From NCBI GenBank assembly GCA_032718475.1, contig JAUCBJ010009082.1, positions 36,815 to 100,814 on the forward strand: a stretch of 64,000 bases of DNA, written 5' to 3'. Position 1 is the first letter of the stretch, and each line of letters opens with the position of its first letter. Positions 13,501 to 25,682 of this stretch are shown here, one piece after another. A model generated the notes under the pieces. That model had not been told where the DNA came from. It saw nothing but the letters and a program-made list of their open reading frames with translations, and searched no databases. Source of the stretch: Nemertoderma westbladi (taxonomy: Eukaryota > Animalia > Xenacoelomorpha). The translations under genes were made by a program, and so were the position numbers.

Positions 13501-14647
13501 CCACGATTGTTAGAATCGCCATGGGCGTTTCTTGGTTCACTATATTCCTTGACGGAACCACCCTTATCACATCTCTCATCAAGAGAAGGTCCACTCCTCC
13601 CATATCTGTTATTCTCTGAATATGTTTTCTCATGTCTAAATGACCTCTTATCAGTAAATTCTTCTCTGGCCGATCTTCTTGATTGACCTCCATGATAAGT
13701 TTCCCTTCTCTCTCCGGTTTCAAGTTTGGAAGATTTTCCATAATTCACATTTTCATAAGGTGCTCTATCAATATGTCCAATCTTAGAAACCTGCCTCTGT
13801 GAAAACTCGTCTTTTGCATTCCTCCTTCTATGATATTCTTCCCTGGGCATTTGTCTTCCACTAAATTCCTCCTTTGCTGATCGTCTTTTGAAAGAGAAAT
13901 CATCAACATGACCATCATTCGGGGGGGCCAACAACCTCTCAAGATCAGATAATAATTTATCATTGCTGTGCTCGCCATAATGCTCAATATCTTTAAATGT
14001 TTGGGAACTATATTCATCCTTTTTAGAGGGAAATATCTTATCATAGTATTCCCGATTTTTAGGTGATCTGGTGTCAAATTCCTCATTGTCAGAAGGGAAT
14101 CTTTTGTCAGAATATTTTCCACGTGCCACAGTATCCCTTGGAATAAAACCGGAATCTCTTTTTGTATTCCCATAATGTGTGGAGTTATCTCTTTGGTTGT
14201 CTCCCTCTCGCAACCCAGATCGCGATTCATAACCTTGGTTTTCCCTTGGCCTCTGATTATTTCCATAGTTACCAGTAACAAACTGCTTTCCATCTGATTT
14301 CCTATCATAATATGTAGAACCAGTATTTCGTAATCTTCCTTCTTTTGTGTCACCCTTTTCATTATAATATGATCGATGGTCAAAACTCTCAGTTTTCCTC
14401 ATGTTTCTTTCCCTATCACCATCACCATGATCACCTCTTCTACTGGCAAAGCTGTCATTAGGTCGACTATAGTAGCTATCTATTCTGCCACTATGGTGTC
14501 TGTCGTGGGGTCTCGGGGAACCATGTCCTGCTCGGTAATTGGAACCACCACGACCATTGCGCCTCCCACTTCGATCACCCTTGTTTGCCGAATAACGACC
14601 TTGTTGCGTATAATAATTGTCACGATTCATTTTGTATATATTAGTAC
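10536..14647 (-). CDS. Large terminal coding exon (~1370 codons) of an intrinsically disordered protein: R/G/S/D/E-rich N part, Pro/Tyr-rich middle, Gln/Ser/Asn-rich prion-like part, RG/RGG C-terminal tail
   Basis: Uninterrupted 4.1-kb ORF in AT-rich DNA. Polypyrimidine tract plus TAG acceptor on the minus strand (TTTTCGGTTTTTCTTGTCTGCTGTAG|GTACT, AG at 14649-14648). First in-frame ATG at 14630. No recognisable globular domain. Confidence 0.85.
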
Positions 14648-15395
14648 CTACAGCAGACAAGAAAAACCGAAAAGTAACTAAACCTAATCATAATAAAAGG
14701 CTGACTACCTAATATTTAGGCATATCAATTAGCACTTCAGCACTTAGCAGATTAGTAGCTGGAATCGAATAGAAGGTTATGCAGTACAGGCAGACTGGCA
14801 GACAGGACTACCGCTACCACTCTGCTCTGTTACTCACACCTCAATCACTCAATCTGAAACCTCTATATGACTATCTGACTACAGGTACAGCGGTATATCC
14901 ATTCATACAAAAATTGGAATATGTTAATACAATAAAAAGGAAGATACCAGTCATCAGCCAGTCAGACAATTGACAATACCACAATCTGACAATAGGTCAG
15001 TCAGTCAGTAGGTACTAGGTACCGTAGTCCGTCCGTACCAACCCCAGATTACCAGTACTAATTCGTTTATAAATTTACGAGGTTGTACAGAGAATTTCAG
15101 GATTTGTACAGGCTATCTGACTATGGCAGTATGGTGTGTAGTGGCTAGTCAGCTCTGCTGCTCCGGACTGGTAGTGTATTAGGCCTACCAGAGTATTCTA
15201 TTACAGTATTATATTATGACACTATGAGAGTATTTCTGTACTTCAGTCTGTCAGTACTGCAGTAGGCCTACCGCCGTAACCGGTATTTGGTTTCTTACAT
15301 CTTACATTGGTCAGTTGGTTATGCTTATAGTTCCTCCGTTCAGCCGTTAGTTAGCCTAGTGGTTAGTTGGTCAGGCCAGGCCTCACCCCAGCTGC

Positions 15396-16468
15396 CAGCT
15401 AGGAACTTCCTGCCAAAAGGGGCTGTCTCGACAGCCAAAATCGCGATAGACAAATTCATGAATTCCTCATTCAGTCGGGGAGAAGTTCTATTTTCAACTG
15501 AGTTGAAATTTCAACTTTATTTTTTTTAAATTCAACTTTTTATTAAAATTCAACTTTTGGAGTAGAGTTTAAAATTCAACTTTTGGAGTAGAGTTTAAAA
15601 TTCAACTTTTGGAGTACCGGTAGCTTTGGAAATACTGAAATATGGAATTGGAATCCATTACTGGTATTCCATTGTCAGATTGTATAATACAGTAGGTAAT
15701 AATTATGACATTCAGCGGTAATTTAATACATCTAATAAACTGATAAATTCCCGTAGTATTTCAGTATCGGTATTTCAGCTAATTTGCAAATGTAATCACT
15801 TAAAATATTTTTTAAAAAAGTATTCCCGACGGTGAAAGTTGTTATTCCATCGGTAGGCCTAATGAGGGTAAATTTTTCGAGTTACATCCATAAAAACAAA
15901 CAAAATACCCCTTCTGTCAGTCTATGACGTCTTGGGGGCCTTCTGCAGTTCTGCGCCTCCTGCCATTTTAGAGTTGAATTTACAATTTAAAAGTTGAATT
16001 TAAAAAAAAAGTTTTAACTCAGTTGAAATTTGAACTTCTCCCTGACTGTCTGACTGTCATTGAATATCATGGGAAAATAAATATTTTGGCGGTGCCTCCG
16101 CCTCTGCTGTTCTAATAGCGTTACCGGTATATACTGATATAGAAAGCTAGGCTGCTAGGCATACCAGGACCAGTAGATAGAGGATTTCTAACTTTATATT
16201 ATGTACCCGGTATGAAAAAAAAATTAATTATTATGCTTGCTTTTGTTTTAATTCAGCAGTCTGCAGTCTGTTCAGTAATTAACAATTAATCAAATTCCTG
16301 CCCCATTTTGGCTGTCCTGTGCTGTCTCTGTCTGGGTTTTGAAAAGCATGTCTAGACAGTTTTCCTGTCTGCCTGTGGCAGTGCTGCAGTGGCAGTGTAG
16401 TAAATCCAGCCTGGCTGCCTGGTATTGGCTGTTAGGACAGTCCCTTTTCGGCAGGAAGTTCCTAGCTG
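15396..16468. mobile_element. MITE-like element with ~45-bp imperfect TIRs
   Basis: CAGCTAGGAACTTCCTGCCAAAAGGGGCTGTC at 15396 vs GACAGTCCCTTTTCGGCAGGAAGTTCCTAGCTG ending 16468. Confidence 0.7.
15472..16048. mobile_element. MITE nested inside the previous element, with TTCAACT subterminal repeats
   Basis: CAGTCGGGGAGAAGTTC...TTCAACTGAGTT at 15472 vs AACTCAGTTGAA...GAACTTCTCCCTGACTG ending 16048. Internal 26-bp AAAATTCAACTTTTGGAGTAGAGTTT x~3 at 15545-15620. Confidence 0.75.
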
Positions 16469-17079
16469 CAACCTATCAGTGTCAGTCAATTCAGCTGTTC
16501 AGTACAGCAGTCAGGCAGTAGGCCTACCTACTGTCAGACTGTACTGTCATTGACTGTGGCTGTGGCAAGTGCAGAAGTGTGGCATGGCTATGGCATAGCC
16601 TAACTGCCTAATTAATTTACCGTACCGCAGTACCGGGGACCGGTACCTACCTGACTGCCTGACTGCTGGACTGCCGGTAACCCTAAATCTAACAGTATAA
16701 CCATGATAACAGTATAAACTGCTTAACAAGCTGACAAGATCAGTCTAATTCATCATATATACTAGGCCTACTACTGCGAGACTGCACTGTACTAGTACTA
16801 CCGGCAGACCGGTAGGCCTACTAACTAGCTAACAGACTGTCTGACTGTAGGCAGTACTGCAGTAGGCCTATCTACAACCAGCTGACCAGTACTGCAGTAC
16901 TGCAGTAGTACCGGCACTTGTGACTTGTCAGCTTGCAGCTTGGTCGATAGAACGATAGAGCTCGGACACCTGGCAGCCTGGCTGCAGGACACGGACAGTA
17001 GGGCCTACACAGCTACAGCAGTCAGACAGTAAGACTGTGGAAATGAGACCATTTCAGCATTTAAACTTCCAAGCTTCAC

Positions 17080-18792
17080 ACTGTCACAGGGGTATATCTT
17101 TTGCGTAGAGGTATAGGCCTAGCCTATATAGAGGCTACATGAAGGTAGGTGTAGCCTACATGTGTAGATGCACGTGTAGACTGTAGGGTGAATATAGGTA
17201 GGTGTAGTCCCATAGATATTAATGTACCCCTAATTTACTGATTTATGTGTCAACTTGCAGTAACGTGATACACGGTCGTCAATCAGGATGTATGGCAATA
17301 ATCTCTGATCTCCACGGTACAATACGGTACATCAACCTGCAGACCTGTCTGCTGTCAGACAACAGGTTTTACTGCATACTGTAGTACTGTATAAATATCA
17401 AACAATGCGTTCTGATTATACTAAAGTCCCTTACTCGTCATAAATATTAGGCCCGAATAAATTTGAGTATGCTAAAGCCACGAAAGGCATCATTCCATTA
17501 GATTAACTCGTTCTGATTTATATGTTTATTGAGTAAGAGTAACCTAACCAAACAGCCATCATCGCGGGGACTATAGTCTACCAGAAACCCTGACCTCCCT
17601 CTGCCCCTCTTTATCTGTTTATCAACCATACATCCATGGGACTTGAACAGTACTTCAGCATTGAAATGTTTTGGACGTTTTGTTTTGAAAGTAAAAATAT
17701 AGAAGTCTGGAAGTTTTGTTTGTTTTAATTTTTCAGGCAGTCACATTCCACCAACCAGCAACAGTCCCATCCCGCGGACTACCACACTGTTTCATTATAA
17801 AGTATTCCCATCTCGATGATGGGAATTAATCAGTAATCCGATGGGATTCAAATCCCATCTCGAAGTAACAGCAAAACAATAACACGAAAGTCAATAGCTT
17901 TACAGTTATATTTGATTGCATTGAAAGTTAATAGAAAGAAGAAGTTAAATTGCATATCCATTAAAATATCATGAAATTGATACGGCAGTTTACTGGTTTA
18001 TAGTAGATTAAAACGGCCACAGCAAGATTTATAAAATGGAAAATAAGTAAAATCAGCACACAATATTATCAATATAGACATTGAAGACAATTTAATAAAC
18101 AAATATTATAAAAAAATATCTACTAACAATCAATACATGATATATGTATACATCAGCGACTACCATCATCGCCACTCTGGTTCAATCAGTCAGTCCGGTA
18201 TCATTGTTAGCGTTTTGTTGAATCACCCACTCATCTGTCATTTTCAGACCATCATGGACACCGACGACGAGCTCTAACCCTAACCGTTAGTCGATTCCTC
18301 CTTGACTGGAAACATCAGGTTCGGGCCGTTCGGCCCATACAAAGTCATTAGCCTCCATATGCCTGAACCCGCAGGATCATATAAGATCTACAGTATGTAT
18401 CGGTATATCGTTCAGTCGTTTTTTCCTTTGTCAGTACTGTAGTATTGATAGGCTCCGTCTCGTGGGTATTCAGGGGACCCCCATTCGACGTATTCGCATC
18501 TCCTCCTGGTTGTTTCGGGTACCACCGCCCGCCATACTGCCATATGCGCATCTCTTCGTGGTTATTCCGGGTACCACCCCCGTTCGCCGCATTCGCATCT
18601 CATCGAGGAAGTTCCGGTCCGGGTACCCCGTGTAGGCCTATTCATTCATCATTGTTGTTTTTAAAGACCTACCTACGTCCTACACCTACCTACATTCACC
18701 CTACACGTGCATCTACATGTAGGCTACACATACCTACATGTAGCCTCTTTGTAGGCTATACCTCTACGCAAAAGTCATACCCCTGTCACAGT
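17080..18792. mobile_element. Non-autonomous DNA transposon with ~110-125-bp imperfect TIRs
   Basis: 17080-17207 (ACTGTCACAGGGGTAT..TTTTGCGTAGAGGTATAG...GTAGGTGTAG) is the reverse complement of 18680-18792 with small indels. No transposase recognised inside. Confidence 0.75.
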
Positions 18793-19113
18793 TCTCCATA
18801 CAGCCTGACAGGAGACAGCCAGCCTTGTCAGCTAGTTAGTTGTCGCAATTTCGTTTCTCCCAACCCTAACAGTCAGACAGTCCCAAGCCAAGACAAGTCC
18901 AGTTCCAGTCAGCCAGTGCAGTAGCCAGTAGGTGGTTGGGGATCTCTTTAAATTTAACCCTCCTGCCTCCCCCGGCACCCGGAAACGTGGGGAAAAATGT
19001 AAGAAATTTAGAGGATTTTTCAAGATTATTCGATTATTTCCATGGGCAAGGGCTGAAGGGCAAGGGCAAGGGACGTATAGTGTACTAAGCCTATAGTAAT
19101 GCCATATTCAGAT

Positions 19114-19647
19114 ATTGGACATTAATTATTAGAAGAAGAAGTAATAAAAAATTACGGTAAGGTTTGTTGTTCTATTATAATAGAGTAACGTATTTATTTA
19201 ATTTAATTGCGCCTCGGGAATGGCATTAAACCGGTAAAAAACATACGTGGTAAAATAATAAAAATATAATTAATTGATAAAATAAAAAAAAGAGTTAAGA
19301 AAGAAAAATCGCGTTTAGCAGTTAGACTCGGCCAAATATGTTAATGACTTAGCGTTTTGTTTGCAACGTAATAGGTGGTAGATACTGTATGTTTATGTTA
19401 ACCGATCACAGTTCTTAATTACAAATATAATCTATAATGTTGTTGGTGGAATGATATACTTTATCATTAGGCCTACATATGTGGAATGATAGACTACAAT
19501 TAATTATTCACAGTAATATAATTCACGTTAATTACGGTTAATTTGGTTCACATAATTACTTTATCTATAATAATACATTACGGTAATTATAATAGAACAA
19601 CAAACCTTACCGTATTTTTTTTATTTCTTCTTATAATGATGTCCAAT
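19114..19647. repeat. ~65-bp inverted repeat pair (probable MITE remnant)
   Basis: TACGGTAAGGTTTGTTGTTCTATTATAAT (~19153-19181) vs ATTATAATAGAACAACAAACCTTACCGTA (~19586-19614), extending outward to ATTGGAC/GTCCAAT. Confidence 0.65.
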
Positions 19648-20452
19648 GCCATAAAAGTAGGCTTTCCTGTAAATATAGAAATAAATGATTAATATGACTT
19701 GCGGCGAGGTGTCCTATAATTTGCGGCGAAATTGCATTCGCAGTGAGGCACCTCGCCGCAAGACACCTCCAAGAGCAGAAGTGGCCATACAGTCATGGAG
19801 TAGGCCTACTGTACAGATAAAATTGCTGAATGGCTGCCGCGAAAAATTGTAATTTTAGTTTCGGTTCTACTGTTCTAGGCCTACTATCACATATCTGTTC
19901 CACTAGTACAGGGGGGGGGGGGGGGGGGGGCTGGGAGTAAGGCAACGATTTTGAACATTTCTTCGCGATCTTCGCAAACGTCGCGATTATTGCGAAAATC
20001 ACGAAATTTCGCAAACGTCGCGATTTATTTTTCAATAATATAGGTAAATCTTCACAAACATTATTTATAAATAATATAAAGTTATATTTTATCCGCGTTA
20101 TGTGTGATCTTCCAATTTTACAATCAATGTGTTAACTAATACAATTGTTTCCGTTTGTTAGAGTACGGCAAATTCTTATTATTTATTTAAAGTGCTAAAA
20201 TTGTTAAAATGTTAAAATTCTATAATTTTGAATTAAGTGTGACTAAATTTTCAGAGTTATTTTTCAGATTTAATTTTGTTTTAATTACTAGCTATTTCGT
20301 AATTGTTGCCACAAAAATACGATTTATAATATATTCTTACATTTTTTTTATTACTTATTTAAATTTCCAAAAAGAATTAAAAAAATTAAGATTTCCAAAA
20401 AATGAAACTTAGGAATTAAAAATGAAACTTAGCCGAATACACCTACAGCACA

Positions 20453-21069
20453 ATGGATGCAAGCTATATAGATTTGTCAGATAGTGTGAGTGTCGTAATG
20501 TCAGATGTTCCACCATCATCAGTAGATGTTTTCAACTATAATGGTTTGCACATCTCTTCACTTGACATTAGTTCCCTAGAAGGTAACAATTGGTTAACCG
20601 ACAACATCATAGAGGCCATAATTAATGGGTTTTCCACCGATTACGATGGTAAGGCAAAAGCCTTCAACCCCCACTATCTCAATATTTTTGAATCCAGTGA
20701 GCTCAAAGTCACAGCCCATCGGCCCAAAACTGACTTGTTATCCTATTATCCTACAGCCTACTTTTTTTCCCCTTTAACGTTAGTGGTTGCCATTGGGTAA
20801 TGCCAGTCTACTCACCAACAGAATCATGCATCTGGTATTTCGACTCTCTAGCATGGACTGATGAAAAGGCACTAATTATTCTTAAACGGTGGATAAACAA
20901 ACAATTCGCGAACAACAGTACCACTCCCACAGAAATCAAAATGGTTCCACGCCTGCCTAAACAACAATATTACAATTTCCACTGTGGGGCTTACATATGC
21001 TATTTTGCATATCTGATTCTAAACAATACTGTAGACCTCAGTGCCAGTATAATATTGATGACTCCGTAA
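20453..21069 (+). pseudogene. Ulp1/SENP-family (C48) cysteine protease domain, frameshifted
   Basis: LEGNNWLTDNII motif. After a frameshift at the T-run (20762-20768): FPFNVSGCHWV (His), WYFDSL (Asp), PKQQYYNFHCGAYIC (Gln/Cys). Confidence 0.85.
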
Positions 21070-21270
21070 TTACAAACAAATATCATCATCAATTATAGAA
21101 AAAGCAACTCTAGTTAGACCAGCGCAATCCACTGACCAAGACCAACCAACAATGCTGAAGTGCAATCAAGAAACTCCAAACATCCATACACAACCTACTG
21201 TACTAACAATGCAGAAGTAAACCGCACACCAACCTTACCACCAACCCAGACCAACACAAAAAAAGTCTGA

Positions 21271-24200
21271 CACCTCGACCAAATCCACTAACAGTAGTTC
21301 ATCAGACCTCCAACGCACCTGCTAAGGATCTACTGCAATCTATGCGAGAAGACAATAATAATAAACAACGATGGTAAGGTAAGAAAGCACAAAACCAAAA
21401 TTGGAGACCTATGCTTAGTAGGATTAGGAAGGCAAACAAATAACACAGTGAAGCCATCTATGCATCCGATACCAAATGACCAGAATACCGAGGAAAATCT
21501 CTCAGCCCACCCACACCCATTTGAGACCGAATTTTCTAATTCCCCAGATTCAGACCTGGTTTTAGAAACTGATCAGACTGCCCCATTTCAACCAGCCATA
21601 AATAGTACCCTGCCTCCATTTGAGGCAAGCAATCCCGGTTTCAGTTGGAATGGTATCTGGGGGAGTATATTTATAACACGTCTACAAAGTGTATATGATG
21701 AAATCGTCCACTGGAAGCCTTTCCTATGTGATGTACCTAGATCACAAGCAGGGAGGATGTTCGTAGACACACTTACCGGCCTCCTCAAATCTTTCAGCGA
21801 AAAATCAGCACAAGAACCTATGGCTATGTTGGCAATAATGGTAGTACCAAAACTTATTCTACAGGCCGCTGGAAGTCCTGAACATATATCTGGGAGTATT
21901 AGTCAAACACTGCGTCGAAGGTTGGAGCTATGGGAAGCTGGTAAAATAGAAGATTTACTACAAGAGGGCAGAGCCCTTCAAGTACGCAGGGGAAGACGAC
22001 CTAGAGATAATAAACCTGGCGAACAGCAAAGGCGCGATTTCATCGTCAGGATGGGCACTGGACGTGTTGCCGCAGCACTCAGTAAACTGGGAAACTCAAA
22101 GGTAAAGGGGAAACCACTTGGTTTAAATGACACAGTCGGAGACAAAACCGTCAAAGAAATCCTTCGAGACAAACACCCTACCTAGTCCTGGTAAACTGGA
22201 CACACTCCTCATTGAATCATCCTGGCCAAACAGTATGGAATACCACCCGGCCATCTATGACCGAATTACTTCGGAGACTATCCTCTCAGCCGCCCTGAGG
22301 ACCAGGGGTTCAGCTGGACCATCTGGACTGGATGCAGATAGTTGGAGGAGGCTCTTGACATCCTTTGGAAAGAACTCAGTTGACCTAAGAAAGAGCATCG
22401 CAGCAACTACCAGGCGCATAGCAACAGAGCATATAGATCCAAAGATACTAGCACCATATAATGCATCTCGACTTGCACCACTAGATAAGGATCCTGGAGT
22501 ACGCCCTGTTGGTGTTGGGGAGGTTCTGCGGAGGATAAGTGGGAAGGATATAATGACCTGTATTAGAGCTGACTTAGAAAAAGTTGCTGAAAACACTCAA
22601 CTTTGCGTTGGACAGATTGGTGGAATAGAATACGCTATACATGAACTTAGAGAACACTTCGAGGGCCCAGAATGTGAAGGGATCCTTCTAATAGATGCAA
22701 CCAAGGCATTTAATGCATTAAACCGCAAACTAACGTTACTAAACTGCCAGGTCATCTGTCCAGCTCTGTCAAAAGCACTATGCAACTCATACAGAAGTCC
22801 CCACAACTGTTCGTAGATAATGAGACCATGTTGTCAGAAGAAGGATCAACACAGGGTGACCCACTGGCACTGGCGATGTATGGTGTTGGAACCCTTCCAC
22901 TAATAAAGCTAGTTGGTAAAGTGGCACACGATTTCGATCAGGAAAAATTTGGAGAAGACAAATTGTTGGAAAAATGGTTTGCAGATGACGGAAATTTCAG
23001 CTGGCCGACTACAAACCCTTCGAACATACTGGGATGCCATATGCTCCTATGGACCTGGATATGGTTATTCCCCGAACACAATAAAAACATTTCTTATCGT
23101 GAAGGAAGGATTCATGAGTGAAGCTAAAACCATTTTTGCTAACACTGGCGTACAACTAACCGAAAATCATCGTGTACTAGGCTCAGTTATTGGGTCCCAA
23201 TCATGTGGCAGCGATTATGTAAATGACAAAGTCCATTCACTGTTCGATCAGCTGGTTAAGCTTCGAGAATTCGCTGTAACAGCTTCTCAGCCATCCTATA
23301 GTTGTCTCGTGTATGGCATGCAACCTAAGTTCAACTTCTAATCAAGAACAACTCCTGGGTTTACTACCACAATGGACCAAATTGATGACTTGATTACAGA
23401 TCGGGTCATCCCAACCATAACAGGTAATCCCCCTCCAGGTAAAATACAGCGCGATCTCCTCGCTCTGCCTGTCAGGGAGGGAGGTCTAGCAATATTAAGA
23501 TCAACCGACCTTCATCAGGGTATCCAGGAGTCCCGAAGATTATGTGAACCACTCTTTAGTGTTGACACCTGCTTAGAACCATCAGAAGCTCGTACAAAAC
23601 AACAAACAATCCGCCGAGAAATAAAGAAAGATAGAATGGAAGGTGCGAAGGAAAGCGCCGAGTGCATCCACAGTAAGCTTAGCAACAGCGACCAATACCT
23701 CCGCCTACTATCTAAAGAAAGGGGAGCCTCTTCCTGGCTGACCGCACTACCACTGACCAAATACGGTTACTCCCTACACAAAGAAGCCTTCAGGGATGCA
23801 CTGTGCTTGCGATTTGGGTGGCAGCCACCAAAGCTTCCTGCACTATGTTCATGTGGGGCTGAACACTCCATATCGCATGTCTTACACTGTCCAACTGGTG
23901 GATACCCCAGCCTTCGCCATAATGAGGTAAGAGACTACTTGGCGGAGTTATTAGCCGAGGTTTCTCATGACATACAGATAGAACCGCACCTTCAACCAGT
24001 GGGTGGTGAGCAGTTTAAACTGAGTAGTACCTCAACAGACCTGGATGCTCGACTGGATGTGGCAGCTTCTGGCATATGGGGTGGACGCTTCCAGAAGCTC
24101 TTTATAGACGTGAAGGTTTTTAATCCACTTTGCGCATCCAACCCCAAGTCGATCAATGCAAAGCATGTAAAGGATAAGCGCCGCAAATATGAAGAACGGA

Positions 24201-24483
24201 TAACTCTCATTGAACATGCATCCTTTACTCCATTTGTAATGTCAACTACAGGGGGAGCTGGCAGGGGTGCTCAGGCACTATTAAACAGAGTAGCACTCCT
24301 TCTATCAGCAAACCGGGGTGCTCCTTACTCCGAGACAGTGGCATTAATCCGTACACGTTTAAGCTTTGCCGCTTTGCGCTATTGCGCTCTTCAATAATGT
24401 GTTTGCGAGGCGCACGAGAACCACGGATTAAAAGGTTCCCGATTACTCTGCAGGAAACCGGAATACAGGCATGTTTACATTAA
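21271..24483 (+). pseudogene. Zn finger + reverse transcriptase + RLE polyprotein with multiple frameshifts/stops
   Basis: CNLCEKTIIINNDGKVRKHKTKIGDLC at ~21334-21415, in frame with ORF 21448. Fragments 21448-22185, 22127-22816, 22780-23121, 22913-23341 and 23372-24397. Terminal MCLRGAR...TAA in a shifted frame ends at 24483. Confidence 0.85.
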
Positions 24484-25121
24484 AGTTTAAACAAGTCATC
24501 CCACTCACACCACAACTCTAATTCCCTTCACCATTCAACCTTTACTGTAGCTACTGTAGACATTTCATATTATTTGTGTTAGTATATTTATGTAAAATAA
24601 TAGTTAATCAGCGTTATACAGATATAACAATATATCTAATGAAAAAAACAAAAAAAAAATAGCTACTACAGTTACTGTAGTGCCCTATAACTATATATGT
24701 AACCTAGTAACCATGTTAATTGACTATTTTCTAGAATATTTGAATAGCCACATTGTTAATCTGTTCATAATTTTAAAATATAAAGCTTAGCTTCACAAAC
24801 TCTGAAATATTTCAATGTAATATCTAATTATTGATGTTGGCCTAAACTGTGGGTTATTTAATTTAAAAAAAAATTATTATCAATAACCCTATAGGTTCCT
24901 ATAATAGTTACTGATTTTATATGCCTAGCTAATCGAATTTGTTGAGATGTTTTTTTTGTTTGTTCTACTATATTTTACCTGCTATATTTATATAATTTCG
25001 TTAATGATTTAGATCATCAGATCATGTTAGCTATTTAAATAAAATGATTTTCTTTGTTTATTAAAATTTATATTGATAGATTTAGGTAGCTAATATTAGT
25101 ATTGATGTACCTAGCAATACC

Positions 25122-25650
25122 TAGTATTGGTAAACACAAAATATCGCGAAGATCACGACGTTTGCGAAGCTCCATCTATAGTATTGGTAAACACAAAATA
25201 TGTCGCGGAGATCGCGACGTTTGCGAAGCTCCACCTATAGTATTGGTAAACGCAAAATATATCGCGAAGATCGCGATGTTTGCGAAGCTCCACCTACAGT
25301 ATTGGTAAACACAAAATATGTCGCGAAGATCACGACGTTTGCGAAGCTCCACCTATAGTATTGGTAAACGCAAAATATATCGCGAAGATCGCGATGTTTG
25401 CGAAGCTCCACCTATAGTATTGGTAAACACAAAATATCGCGAAGTTTGTGAAGCTTCATCTATAGTATTGGTAAACACAAAATATCGCGAAGTTTGTGAA
25501 GCTTCATCTATAGTATTGGCAAACACAAAATATCGCGAAGTTTGTGAAGCTTCATCTATAGTATTGGTAAACACAAGATATCGTGAAGATCGCGACGTTT
25601 GCGAAGTTCCACCTATAGTATTGGAAACACAAAATATCGTGAAGATCCAC
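25122..25650 (-). repeat. 57/59-bp satellite, ~9-10 more diverged copies, opposite orientation to the main array
   Basis: TAGTATTGGTAAACACAAAATATCGCGAAGATCGCGACGTTTGCGAAGCTCCACCTA repeats; some units internally deleted. Confidence 0.92.
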
Positions 25651-25682
25651 CTATTCACCTAGGTGAACCCGACATTCTTTTC

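Larger units (their letters stand above)
20453..24659 (+). mobile_element. CRE-clade-like non-LTR retrotransposon (Ulp1 protease - Zn finger - RT - CCHC - restriction-like endonuclease), decayed
   Basis: RT motifs GPSG, LDKDPGVRPVGVGEVLRRI, QLCVG..GG.E.AIH, LLIDA..AFN, EEGSTQGDPL, WFADD. C-terminal CSCG..H...C, RHNEVRD, RLD..DVKV, K..KY. A-rich tail at 24642-24659. 5' boundary not determined. Confidence 0.85.

Noticed and set aside
14648-14660. Annotated TTG start of the 1374-aa ORF
   Set aside because: Lies in the polypyrimidine tract/acceptor; not a plausible eukaryotic start.
10496-14681. Overlapping alternative-frame and antisense ORFs within the large exon
   Set aside because: Shadow ORFs of a low-complexity coding region.
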